Shown piece by piece: positions 22,701 through 31,344 of a stretch of DNA of 64,000 nt. Position numbers and translations under genes: made by a program. Positions within the stretch are counted from its first letter, which is position 1; each line of letters opens with the position of its first letter. Where the stretch lies: sequence record LC494302.1; one strand, written 5' to 3'. The notes under the pieces are model-generated. The model was not told the DNA's origin. It saw only the letters and a program-made list of their open reading frames with translations, and made no database searches.

Positions 22701-25700
22701 TAGATTGTACTGAACCAAAGTCTGCCCCAAATTTAGCGTTTGCAGCACTTGGGGTACAAGAAATAAATTCACCAGTTACTAGAGAATTCTGACTCCAGAT
22801 CACGAAATCTTTAGCAATAGTGTTCCAATCTTGTTGAGCACCACTATCATTTACATCTTCAAAAATCCAACCATGTTCTTTAAGATATTCACCATATCCA
22901 CAAATAAAAGTATAAACTTCTTGGTAACTATTGAAAACTTTACCATATTCAATTGAAGCTTCAGACTTCCATTCATTATAATGAACAACATTACGGTTTT
23001 CCAATTTAAGAGTTACTTTTCTACCATTTTTTACTGGAAGTTTATATTTAAATTTAGCACCAACTAGATCATATCCATCAATCTGATATGCACTACCATT
23101 CCAAGTAATTTTGATCGCACTCATTTGCTCATCACGGATATTATTAGAACGAACAAGACCAATGGTTTGGTTTTCTTGTGAAATAAGACCGAAAGATTTA
23201 GCATTGAATGTTAGCTGATCTGCTTTAGTAAATCCTCCAATTTTATGACCAACATTTATATAAGAAGAACGAACTACATCCCCATACTTGGTGGTAATAT
23301 TTTTATTTTGATACATCAAATGGTCACTTACAAACATTTGATAACCAATTGTTCTTGTGCTATTTTCACCATGAACTACTGTATTTTTATCAAAATTAAT
23401 ACGCTTACGTGTATCACCATAAAGGAATTGTGAACCATCAGTGAATACTTCTTTTAAGTTATCGTTGCGGGTATCCCAGAAATAGTTAGCAAATTGTGCT
23501 GGTTTAGCTTTATACAAAAGCATCATTTGGTCATATGCAAACAATGTAGTGTTCATGTATGTAAATTCCATGTCACCCATATCACCATATGTCCAAGGTT
23601 CTGCTCTATGATTTAAAGATCCAGACACTAAACCTAAAATTTCAGGTGCAATATATTCAACCACACAAATATCAATACCAGAAGATGTTTTATTTCCAGT
23701 TTTTGTAATTTTGAATGGCTGTACACCAAATCTTTTATATTTGTCATATTGACCACGACGATCACCAAATAAAATAGTTCCAGTACTGCTATCTCCAATA
23801 GTTCCGTCAATATCCCAAAGACCACTAGGAACTAAATCACCTTGCTCATTCATAACAAGTGCTTCATATACATATACAACATCACTATCACGTTCACCAA
23901 CTTGAACAGCCGTTGGTTCGTATTCTTGGTTCCACCAAGTTGGACGTTGTGTAAAGCCAAACATTTCCCACGGATGGGTAGCTGGGCGATATGTACCATA
24001 TTGGTCAGTGTAAATGGCACGCCATGAACCACGTGCAGGAATTTCAGTACTTTGACCATTAACTACATAATAAGTGCCAGTATAGTTCCAAGTTCTCCAA
24101 TTGTTAGGATCATAATCATGTGTACTATTACTGATACCATTAGTTGCGGTGAAGTTAATGTATCCACGTAGTAATAATGTTTGTTTCTCTTCAGCACTAT
24201 ATTCAGTTTTAGTGAAATATGGTGTAGGGAAAAGGTCATCACTATTCAATACTGGTACGTAATCAACATCTTTGAATTTATTATCAATACTATTAAAAAT
24301 TCTATTTTCTAATTCATATACAACATCATCCATTTTATCAACACCATTGATAACACGGTATGCTTTGGAAATAATACCAGTATGACTGATGTTATAACAG
24401 CTTGGTTTACTACCAGCAGTGAGGAATGTCGCTTTTTCTGGTACATATGCTTGAAGAATACCTAAGAACTGTGGTGTTGGTGGTATAAATGCACGAATGA
24501 ATCCAGAAGTACTTCCAACATTATCATAATAGAATGGGAATGAACTATCACGTCCCATATTAATAGTAGTTAAAATTGCATCAACAATGTTTGCAGCACT
24601 ATTTTGTAAAAAGTCTGATGGATTTTCATCATACATACGAAGCATTTGTGTATTAAATTTATTAATGAATCTAAAATATTCAGATTGCATAAACATAGTT
24701 GCTTCAAACAAATCAATATCTTCATTTGCAGTATGTGCCATCAATGGAAGCATAGATGCTTCATTTTGGATAATTTTAGTACCTACGCCATTATTAACCA
24801 ATCCTTTAGCCAAACGTTCTTCATAGTCATTGAAATCATCAGAAGAACCACGTGTAATGTTCTTTTGAATAATATCCTGAAAATGTAAAGTGTAGTCACC
24901 TTGGTTAATGTATATAATATTAGAATTATATGGGTTATTTTGTAGGTTGATTGGAACTTCATATGCACCTAATTCTTTATTAGGAGTTACAGTACTGCTA
25001 TAAGTTCTAATTTGAATAACAGAATCTTCATCCAATTCTACAGTACTATCTAGAGTGATGCTTTGTACTTGACCTTTTGAAACATTTTTGGTATATTTGG
25101 ACACATCAACACCATCAACCACAACTTCAATAATATCAGAATCATTATCTAAAACTTTTTGTGCCAATTCGAATGTATGGTCATATTTTACAATCTGAAC
25201 ACCATCACCAGTAATTGGATGCCAATCTAGATAAGTTTCACGGTCAGCTTTATAGTACTGATATGTTCTATCAACTTCAATAACATATGCATACATACCA
25301 TCAACTGGTTCTTTAAAAACTTCCATATCATAAACAGTACTGAATACACGATACATATCAGTACGTTGGACTTGTGGAGTTTGTTTTACAAATTGTTTAG
25401 AGTACTCTTCTGAACGAACCCAATCGGTTTGAAGATTCATTTCATTATTTTCATCAATAATGTTATAATAGTATAAACCATCAATTTCAACTTCTTTTCC
25501 AAGATGGTCATAGGTATAACGTTGGGATTGTAAAAAGTTTTCATAAATGTAATAATTATAATCACCAAGTTCAATGTTATATCCATATACACTATCAGTT
25601 GCATAGTTGTAATTTATTTTAAAACCAAACAACTCTGAACCTTTAAAGTTACTTGATGGATATGTAGTACTGTTGTCAAGTTTGATACCATTACGATCAT

Positions 25701-26766
25701 AAAGTTGGAATTTAGGGAATACGTTAACACTAGTTTTTGATTGTGCACGAACCCACAAAGATCCATTCCAGTACATAGAACTATTACCATACTCATTACC
25801 TTTAGTGATTAGAACAACATCACCATCTTGAGGTTCACCACTTGGGCGTGATTCGGTTTCTTCTTCTGGATCTAGTGCTAAACCATAAACACGAGTACCA
25901 TCTTGCATTTTTTTCACATATACATTATAAATTCTATTGTTTTCACCATTGTTACCAATACTGGTGAATAGAATACGCATTCCATCTTGCGGAATAATAC
26001 CATCAATACGTATACCACTATTAATATCTTTTTGAACGATATCTTCAGGTTTAATAATATCAGAGAACAGATCAACAGTTCCACGGAATTTTGTACCGTA
26101 GTTAATTAGCTCAATATTTTTATTATATTCAATAATTGGTGCACGTGCACGAATAAAACGTGAATCTTGCATTAATTCTTCAGTTAATATTGAGCCATCT
26201 TCTAATGTTTCACCTAAAGTATACCAAAAGTTTTGTAGTGACCATGTATTACCATTAAGTGCTCCACGTTCCATTACAATGTAATCAGGTGAAGTAATAT
26301 TATAAGAGTTTTTAGTATCCCAAAGATATGAGCTAAAATTGTTCATTTTATTTGGGTTAATAGCTGGAGTCCATGCATAAAACTTACCGTTGAACAAACG
26401 GCTTTCATTATCGGTTAGTGCTCCATAATGATTCATGTATCCAACTAGATCATCATAAAATTGAATTGAACGAATTGTCGAATCATCATTTTTTGAGACG
26501 TAAGCAGTGGACAACTGATAAAGTTGACGTGCTACAGTACTTTCATGTAAGAAGATATTACCAGCAGCGGCAGGAGAACCCATATCACCAATATAGCCGT
26601 CAACTAATTCGTTTTCAGCCGGATTAAACCATTGTTGAATAACATCATCACTGACTTTTTGAATATCTTCTAAGCCTTGCATCCACTCAGGCAATCTTTT
26701 AATAAAAAGCTTCTTCTGTACTGCTTCAGCCATCTGTGTAGGTTGAAACTTAAAATTATTAGTCAT
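16795..26766 (-). CDS. Giant baseplate wedge/platform protein (~3,323 aa, gp7-like position)
   Basis: Single uninterrupted ORF directly downstream of the gp6-like gene. Start moved to MTNNFKF at 26766, which has a GGAG RBS. Function inferred from position. Confidence 0.65.
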   Translation of the reverse strand: MTNNFKFQPTQMAEAVQKKLFIKRLPEWMQGLEDIQKVSDDVIQQWFNPAENELVDGYIGDMGSPAAAGNIFLHESTVARQLYQLSTAYVSKNDDSTIRSIQFYDDLVGYMNHYGALTDNESRLFNGKFYAWTPAINPNKMNNFSSYLWDTKNSYNITSPDYIVMERGALNGNTWSLQNFWYTLGETLEDGSILTEELMQDSRFIRARAPIIEYNKNIELINYGTKFRGTVDLFSDIIKPEDIVQKDINSGIRIDGIIPQDGMRILFTSIGNNGENNRIYNVYVKKMQDGTRVYGLALDPEEETESRPSGEPQDGDVVLITKGNEYGNSSMYWNGSLWVRAQSKTSVNVFPKFQLYDRNGIKLDNSTTYPSSNFKGSELFGFKINYNYATDSVYGYNIELGDYNYYIYENFLQSQRYTYDHLGKEVEIDGLYYYNIIDENNEMNLQTDWVRSEEYSKQFVKQTPQVQRTDMYRVFSTVYDMEVFKEPVDGMYAYVIEVDRTYQYYKADRETYLDWHPITGDGVQIVKYDHTFELAQKVLDNDSDIIEVVVDGVDVSKYTKNVSKGQVQSITLDSTVELDEDSVIQIRTYSSTVTPNKELGAYEVPINLQNNPYNSNIIYINQGDYTLHFQDIIQKNITRGSSDDFNDYEERLAKGLVNNGVGTKIIQNEASMLPLMAHTANEDIDLFEATMFMQSEYFRFINKFNTQMLRMYDENPSDFLQNSAANIVDAILTTINMGRDSSFPFYYDNVGSTSGFIRAFIPPTPQFLGILQAYVPEKATFLTAGSKPSCYNISHTGIISKAYRVINGVDKMDDVVYELENRIFNSIDNKFKDVDYVPVLNSDDLFPTPYFTKTEYSAEEKQTLLLRGYINFTATNGISNSTHDYDPNNWRTWNYTGTYYVVNGQSTEIPARGSWRAIYTDQYGTYRPATHPWEMFGFTQRPTWWNQEYEPTAVQVGERDSDVVYVYEALVMNEQGDLVPSGLWDIDGTIGDSSTGTILFGDRRGQYDKYKRFGVQPFKITKTGNKTSSGIDICVVEYIAPEILGLVSGSLNHRAEPWTYGDMGDMEFTYMNTTLFAYDQMMLLYKAKPAQFANYFWDTRNDNLKEVFTDGSQFLYGDTRKRINFDKNTVVHGENSTRTIGYQMFVSDHLMYQNKNITTKYGDVVRSSYINVGHKIGGFTKADQLTFNAKSFGLISQENQTIGLVRSNNIRDEQMSAIKITWNGSAYQIDGYDLVGAKFKYKLPVKNGRKVTLKLENRNVVHYNEWKSEASIEYGKVFNSYQEVYTFICGYGEYLKEHGWIFEDVNDSGAQQDWNTIAKDFVIWSQNSLVTGEFISCTPSAANAKFGADFGSVQSITQNNGGVWSLLDDNNQGIRQYEIETSRIGNIFTVRTLESNKRIALIRLSLCSYEHAVIFDDKTIFGDYIYQPTYGSIQELIKMYGYITGSWTGRLQAPGFIILEAGTLPSFEKLVSDFQHYYDSETPVSDVQLQELSNHLIGYQSRDYLQRMISSDVSRVDFYKGFIHDKGTNQVLERVLRVSKSYDTDEYKALQEWAFKIGTYGNIDGKKNLQFKLINDQFKQQPQMVSFDVNATSNGNGNHIVYFGEQGKDPRWITRPNGKFSFPMRSGRSENIQLPDIGPVTLDEVSYTTKDFSTAYNDRITYTNGKGENPESVWMFKDGNGLWNIFELVDTNVQMVSITPIENTDVYAEQFCKVTLTDNVPLEDGDYYYFVDETNFMPDTLTVESQYYTAGSDPKVMVVPFDTSIDIEFTDPDTRPRLYRYVSRFASTDDRQAYIDKKYSFKAPQSTLFDRPTTYDERTNITELYLNVYDPINGVIPGAAMQNVTYTSPVDPAQYNSNGELIQAWGADKVGQVWWNTSTAFYLDYTRAIYDADGNVDIDATNEYKRYNWGRLLPHSTIDVLEWVCSPVEPYNWDKYCKDVAKKNKNNTMYLPSGTALEDNYSTFLEYDSSTDSYVTKYYFWVRDTIYVPPLHTRTKSCTDIARIIKDPTQLNIPWFAPINENSFILSNMQFKVNDDTSILTVSYYMDSTEVVKHDQYQLCKEGDSYNFNPLIWDSMWNSLIGQETTESGSVINLLYPDVDNGLGSNKTWFQNVIEARRNFVESANNYYRSQNITTNSVVMEDVFNVKTTEVNPNEVSFRVLSYNNELVIAVESDKFKENDAVILSTSGYLPNPLTSSAVYFIHFDENGYIQLMNSPANAGSVVTITLENKGEGQHKMIKQSDYVESLGTSLDMTQYWSYADWYDVGYDSNTTYTQESSLEDANTKNYQVGDIIRVTDSENIWTLYIKSQSRDSIYWKAIGRENSTVELNDMLYADYSVHNDNGSLSNREINVRKALALLKNSFDLHQSEIVFDMVKYVHVEQSVVDWVFKTSYIYIVGLEQSLVQNYSNDNLINQIVEYFEEVKPYRTKIRSQIEQKTSDDDLIKGLCNDLDPNGYIFVDGSWIKTEKDIWDYEYAQFNEITQKWEQVGSLPSDFVTPNRRFQEIDIIMHYDNIQCKPNEDLASINELVSVNNKYQSNEKDAVSNYELQRYIYSFPEYSEETFDLLIAYQMQIYYPELDVTLGTAYGVNQWYKDHAEDLEATDEFTATLERVYKESTHNDMFTDLRQYVQYNTLANRLKLYKDISDEKIHDEVGCGFSGLTYNDNPSTRLPLGFSSSNDYNYGYFEISSELYQKYISLIKDKNPDASDYEVKVKLEVEYGVYVYRYDEVGGDTRFYTDAIHVLAGMRGLFDKDATDKYEKAEEILSKTPIDIYAITMIPRKYVYLNVNGVYQSIPDEQSIDDFMEDYFITNGEMVELAEINLDDLPLDQNNPMYSDYQYILDSITEAKYFNDMNAFDNLALESQTSSIKWEVKDDEVDPYIVDISDINPSGRDVGQIRFTVDGYGFDNVSLVQLRDNSRYQTEGMAIINPYKHTEAIVSIPSYAKIENDINKTTSKFDEKYFYRVRSINSLTEAEIVDNDLSDGDKVMIFTPDGEDFVRYQNHTWETILRVSNIKNNTTPILFTVRNTGKETIELIDESTGAVLRYDNITLAQQNEPVQPLALNIVRVRTFADPEFVKNGIKLYEQNRNYTIDVINYDVFYDTTLNGGKYNDGITPDDVDVWIISNEIFDVDGITIDNGYNLPITGAGVLSELARTKMTDSLEINVIEYDSSVIQPFRNNEGIWVYGFPMVDGMYIGVVGGTVTNITTISEENTTYVSQPKSISPYSIRNNVLSGSAANMNDIISIGYEKVEVRNANNLLRGVMYSAEHDFKLNTTYSFNGINLGNYDMLKRYTQNSYTIDLSVYTDSLQVSGNDIKNILLVK

Positions 26767-26814
26767 TTTTGGACTCCATATAATTCGTTCATTCATTTGA
26801 TTTATTTATGATAT

Positions 26815-26838
26815 AAAAAAGGCGTTCCGAAGAACGCC
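26815..26838 (-). terminator. Intrinsic terminator with cUUCGg loop
   Basis: Minus strand reads ggcgttc-ttcg-gaacgcc-tttttt. Confidence 0.9.
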
Positions 26839-26845
26839 CGTTATA

Positions 26846-29800
26846 TTAAGAACCGATATTAATATTACTTTTAGCTAGTGAGTTAACAATTTGAACATTT
26901 TCAACAGATGCAGTACTCAAAAATATTTGGTCTGAACGTGAAGGGATTTCAAATAGAGAGCCAAATTTTGAATTTGGATTTTGTGCAACTATAACAATGG
27001 TACTAATATGTCTACCTAACTGTGAGTGTATGTAAGTACACAAATCAGTATAATAGAAACTTTCACCGAAATCCCAGTTGTCAACATTGAAGTATTCATT
27101 AGTTAATGCTATAACATTTTGACGAATTTCATCGTCACTCATTGTGCTGTTTGGTAATTTCACTACTTTAAAATCAGCTTTGTAATCTTCAGCAGCACTG
27201 TTGCCAAATAAAGGTAAGTACTCAGCACTATGCCAAATAATACTATCACTAATGACTATTTTTTGTTCAACATCTTTGAACATATCTTTCAATTCAACCG
27301 ATGTAGGTGGTTTAGGAATACTACCAACAGCATTATTTTTCAACCAAACGTCAACTTCAGTTTTATATGAATTGGTTAATACATACATATCAATTAAGTT
27401 TGTTCTACTAGGATCAATGCGATTGTCGTCAGGTGCATAGTGTTTCCAATGGAAGTCTATACTAGTACGTGCATTAGTTTTAACAGTGTACTGTGAAGTA
27501 ACATCTTTGTATCCATAATAATCTAGCTTCTGATTCTCGTCAGCATTAGTTCCCATGTTATTAATTGCACGATAAAAAGCCAATTCAGGACTAACAGTGC
27601 CAGTATCATCGGAATAAGTTAAATTACTAATTAGCTGTCCTAAACGATCATTGTTGTTACCAACTGTTTGTTCAATAAAATAATATTTACCATCATAGTT
27701 AAAACCAACTAAAAATCCAGAACCTTTACTATATAATCCACTCAATGTGGTTGAACGAATTGCGTTATTTCTAACAAATTCAGTTCTTTTATATGCATTC
27801 GGCTCTGCCAAGGCTTGTTCCATTGTATAAGACCACGATGAATCAAGAAGTGTGAAGGTATCATTTGGTAACGACAGTACTGATATAGTGAAATCACTAT
27901 TTTCCTGAAATACCAAAATACCACCATATTTTAATGCATCGGTTCCAGTCCAAGTAGGAACAATTTCTTTAAATTGGTTTGGTTCCAATGGTATACCATT
28001 ACTATCTACTTTCCTAGATGTAACAATAACACGAGAACCATCTAGATAGCCATTCTCTTGTTGAATTGTGTCATAAATTTGAAAATCTATATTACTTGTC
28101 AATCCTGAATTACTACTACTAGTAGTGTTAGATGATAAAATTTCAATCTTATCACTTTGAACTGTACCAGTACTAATATCAGTAATTTTTTTAGATGATA
28201 CAAAGTAAAATCTTACTTTTTCTCCACCCACAAAAATATATTCAATACCGTTAGCATCAAATTCCCAAGTTTCTGCTGTATATTTTACATTAATTATAAT
28301 TAAAACTTCATTACCATTATATACAATAGTATCATCATTGGTACTTACTTCAATAGGAACCCATGATGTCGTTTCTTTGTCATGTACAATAACAAAATCA
28401 GTTTTTTTATCTAGCATAGCAGAAATTGCTTGAACTTCAACCGAGTTAAATCTAGTTCTATATGGTAAAATGTACTCTATGGCTTGCATTCCACTTGGAA
28501 CCGATGTACTCAGTACATAAAATCCATTATCCAATACACTAACTACACTAGCCCATATAGTAGTTCCAGAATTAGAAAATTTAATTAGAGTACCAACCTG
28601 ATATGAACCATAAACTGTACCAGATGAACCCAAAATTCTACCATATGTGTTAGTTGTATAATTTGAATTGTATACCGGAGTCCATGCTTGTTGTATTTCA
28701 ATACCAATTGTATTTGATGGAAACGCTTGGTAACGTTGTATTACCGCATTTTCACCAATCAATGGTTGAATATTGTCAATAACAATACTAGCATTTGTTT
28801 TTGTAGTTGGTAGCAATAATGATCTATTAAATTGTGTGTTTTCTTGATATAATGCACCATCATCACTAAAAACATCGGTATTTTGATACTTACCAGTAGG
28901 ATCATTAATATCAATAAATCTTGATTGTCCACTATAAATTCTATTAATAGCTTTAGATTTAAGTACAGTATTGCCTAAACTAAGTGGTGCAATATTATAA
29001 TCTTCACCATTGACAAAACGGTTTTGTGTATAGTACATTTGTGGTGCACGTGCTTTAATCTGCTCAATAGTCTCTGCACTTTGTGCACGGTCGGACTCAT
29101 ATTGTAATGAAAAACGTATATCCAATGTACTAGATTCATAACTTGACTGTGTTTTTGTACGATATGTATATTTTACGCTTTTGTTTTGAATTTCAGAAGT
29201 TTTAATGTTATATGTTTTACCATTACTAACACGATACCATACGCGGAACGTCCCACGGGGAACAACACCACTTCTTGAGTCTGGATACTTAATTGTTATT
29301 TGATCTTTATCACGAGTAGTAACAGCAAAAATTGTTTTTAATTGACGATTAACAGTGTTATATGCAATACTTTCCATTGATGGAACTTTTGTCCATTTGG
29401 TACGAACAATACCATCTTCATTTATTTCTTGAACCCATACATCAGTTTCGTTGATATTATCAACGTTAATATCTTGTATACGGTTCTCTTCACGGATAGC
29501 ATATTGATAATCTTGATATGTCAATGTACCTTGTACGAAATATACAAAAAAACCAGTATTTGGTGAACTAAATCCATTACCATCATTTTGATAAACAATA
29601 TATTTTTGCTCTTGTGGTTCTGGATGTCGTTCTTCAACACCAACAGACGTAATATCAGGATTCACTACTTCAAATGTCATAGATTCACCATTGACAGTTG
29701 CAATAAATGGAATACTGGGTGCTGTCATTGGGATGGTGTTCATTCGATATAGTTGACGAGAGACACCATTAACATCAATACGCTTGACTGGATTACCAAA

Positions 29801-30307
29801 TTGGTTAGTACTGACAAATGAACTGTTCATTACTAGAATGAAGTTTTCATACCAGTTAGCATCCATCGGGTCATTCCAACGAATGATTTTATCTTTTAAT
29901 GATTCATTAAAACTATTACGAACATCTTGGTTTGTTTTAATTTCGGTTAATTTAGCAACTGCACGACCTGGATATGAGCGGCGTGGTGAGTAAGAAATCA
30001 TTTTAGCTAGTTTTAGTACTGATGCACGACGAGTTGCAGTATCTAAAAAGTTTTCACGTGTGTTCAAATCCATACGAAATGCCAAGTTCTGCCCTAGCAT
30101 AGAAATCGTATCTAAAATAAAAATAAACTGGTCGTTTTCGATCCAGTCGTTGAATGAGTCTGGGTAAGTTGCACGTAGATAATCAATCATACTCTGACGG
30201 ATAGTATCGAAGTCATAAGCTGTAAGATTGATTTTATAAAAACTTTCATATACTTGAGTCCAATCCTCACCAGCGTATAAATTTGATTGCCTTTTTTGTT
30301 GTGACAT
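26846..30307 (-). CDS. Baseplate wedge subunit (T4 gp6-like)
   Basis: DFDTIRQSMIDYL...ENFLDTATRRASVLKLAKMISY.P; RAPQMYYTQNRFVNGEDY. Confidence 0.85.
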   Translation of the reverse strand: MSQQKRQSNLYAGEDWTQVYESFYKINLTAYDFDTIRQSMIDYLRATYPDSFNDWIENDQFIFILDTISMLGQNLAFRMDLNTRENFLDTATRRASVLKLAKMISYSPRRSYPGRAVAKLTEIKTNQDVRNSFNESLKDKIIRWNDPMDANWYENFILVMNSSFVSTNQFGNPVKRIDVNGVSRQLYRMNTIPMTAPSIPFIATVNGESMTFEVVNPDITSVGVEERHPEPQEQKYIVYQNDGNGFSSPNTGFFVYFVQGTLTYQDYQYAIREENRIQDINVDNINETDVWVQEINEDGIVRTKWTKVPSMESIAYNTVNRQLKTIFAVTTRDKDQITIKYPDSRSGVVPRGTFRVWYRVSNGKTYNIKTSEIQNKSVKYTYRTKTQSSYESSTLDIRFSLQYESDRAQSAETIEQIKARAPQMYYTQNRFVNGEDYNIAPLSLGNTVLKSKAINRIYSGQSRFIDINDPTGKYQNTDVFSDDGALYQENTQFNRSLLLPTTKTNASIVIDNIQPLIGENAVIQRYQAFPSNTIGIEIQQAWTPVYNSNYTTNTYGRILGSSGTVYGSYQVGTLIKFSNSGTTIWASVVSVLDNGFYVLSTSVPSGMQAIEYILPYRTRFNSVEVQAISAMLDKKTDFVIVHDKETTSWVPIEVSTNDDTIVYNGNEVLIIINVKYTAETWEFDANGIEYIFVGGEKVRFYFVSSKKITDISTGTVQSDKIEILSSNTTSSSNSGLTSNIDFQIYDTIQQENGYLDGSRVIVTSRKVDSNGIPLEPNQFKEIVPTWTGTDALKYGGILVFQENSDFTISVLSLPNDTFTLLDSSWSYTMEQALAEPNAYKRTEFVRNNAIRSTTLSGLYSKGSGFLVGFNYDGKYYFIEQTVGNNNDRLGQLISNLTYSDDTGTVSPELAFYRAINNMGTNADENQKLDYYGYKDVTSQYTVKTNARTSIDFHWKHYAPDDNRIDPSRTNLIDMYVLTNSYKTEVDVWLKNNAVGSIPKPPTSVELKDMFKDVEQKIVISDSIIWHSAEYLPLFGNSAAEDYKADFKVVKLPNSTMSDDEIRQNVIALTNEYFNVDNWDFGESFYYTDLCTYIHSQLGRHISTIVIVAQNPNSKFGSLFEIPSRSDQIFLSTASVENVQIVNSLAKSNINIGS

Positions 30308-30374
30308 AATTTATTCCTTTAAATCAGTAAAGTACTAGTTCAGTACTGGGAATTATATATAGAAATATTTATTC

Positions 30375-30404
30375 AAAAAGAAAAGCACTCCGAAGAGTGC
30401 TTTT
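30375..30404 (-). terminator. Intrinsic terminator with cUUCGg loop
   Basis: Minus strand reads aaaagcactc-ttcg-gagtgcttttcttttt. Confidence 0.9.
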
Positions 30405-30408
30405 GTAA

Positions 30409-30804
30409 TTATAAAGACGATACTGAATATGTTGCCATTCTGTTATTACTTCTTGCATCGAATACAATAGTAAGTTCTTCTAATGTATCCAATACTACGT
30501 ACTGTAATACAATATTCATTTGGTATCCATATTCTATTCTTGAAATTTGCAATTTCTTAAGATTTAAGCGTGGATCTAAGCTAATTATTCTACGGGCATC
30601 TGCTTCCAAAAGGTTGATAGTATTATAACCTTCCAATTCAAACAGCAAATCCCATGCAATAAAACCATAGTCAGCATCAAATGCTCTTTCGCCTTTTTTT
30701 GTATTGAAATGATTCATTAAATCTTGGCGAACCAATTCACTATCATACAATGTTTCAGTTCTACCCACTACTGGGGTAGAAAAACCTTTAAAAACAACTG
30801 CCAT
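30409..30804 (-). CDS. Baseplate wedge gp25-like protein
   Basis: DLMNHFNTKKGERAFDADYG...DPRL, the GPW/gp25 pattern. Confidence 0.85.
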   Translation of the reverse strand: MAVVFKGFSTPVVGRTETLYDSELVRQDLMNHFNTKKGERAFDADYGFIAWDLLFELEGYNTINLLEADARRIISLDPRLNLKKLQISRIEYGYQMNIVLQYVVLDTLEELTIVFDARSNNRMATYSVSSL

Positions 30805-30819
30805 TGACTATTTCCTTTA

Positions 30820-31308
30820 TTATACGGATTCAACAATACGTGCCATCTTTTCCGCTCTTGAAGTGGTTTGTTTATACCATGTACTATCACGCAATTCCTT
30901 ACCAGCAGTTTTATAATCAGCCTTACCTAATGCGGTCATTGCTTTTTTAAATTTTAAAACTTTGGTTTTGCCCATCTGGAATACCATCAACCATAATACA
31001 CGTTGAACCTGTATAGGTGCGGTCATACCAAATTGTTCATAAATTGATTTTGCATCATTGTACGCAGTTTGAGCATCTTTAAGAAGAAGTTGGTCAGCTT
31101 GTGCTTCTGTTAAACCATTCTTGAAATTTTCACCAGGTAAAACTAGGTGACCATAGCCAATTGTATCAAGACCTAAGCTGTCTTTATATACCCAAAACTT
31201 ATCATTTTTAAAATAACCAAGTTTTTTCTGATAAGCAATAGTTCCTTCAAATTCTTTAATTTCCTTAAAAAATTGCTCATCTGTATTTTTAATTTCCCAT
31301 TTACTCAT
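30820..31308 (-). CDS. Stand-alone T4-type (GH24) lysozyme, probable endolysin
   Basis: Catalytic triad pattern E(G)...YKDSLG.DTIGYGHL; WYKQT..RA; has its own late promoter. Confidence 0.85.
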   Translation of the reverse strand: MSKWEIKNTDEQFFKEIKEFEGTIAYQKKLGYFKNDKFWVYKDSLGLDTIGYGHLVLPGENFKNGLTEAQADQLLLKDAQTAYNDAKSIYEQFGMTAPIQVQRVLWLMVFQMGKTKVLKFKKAMTALGKADYKTAGKELRDSTWYKQTTSRAEKMARIVESV

Positions 31309-31324
31309 AAAGATATCCTCGTTT

Positions 31325-31332
31325 TATTTATA
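31325..31332 (-). promoter_or_regulatory. Late promoter TATAAATA
   Basis: Exact T4 late consensus upstream of the lysozyme gene. Confidence 0.8.
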
Positions 31333-31344
31333 GTACTAAAATAT

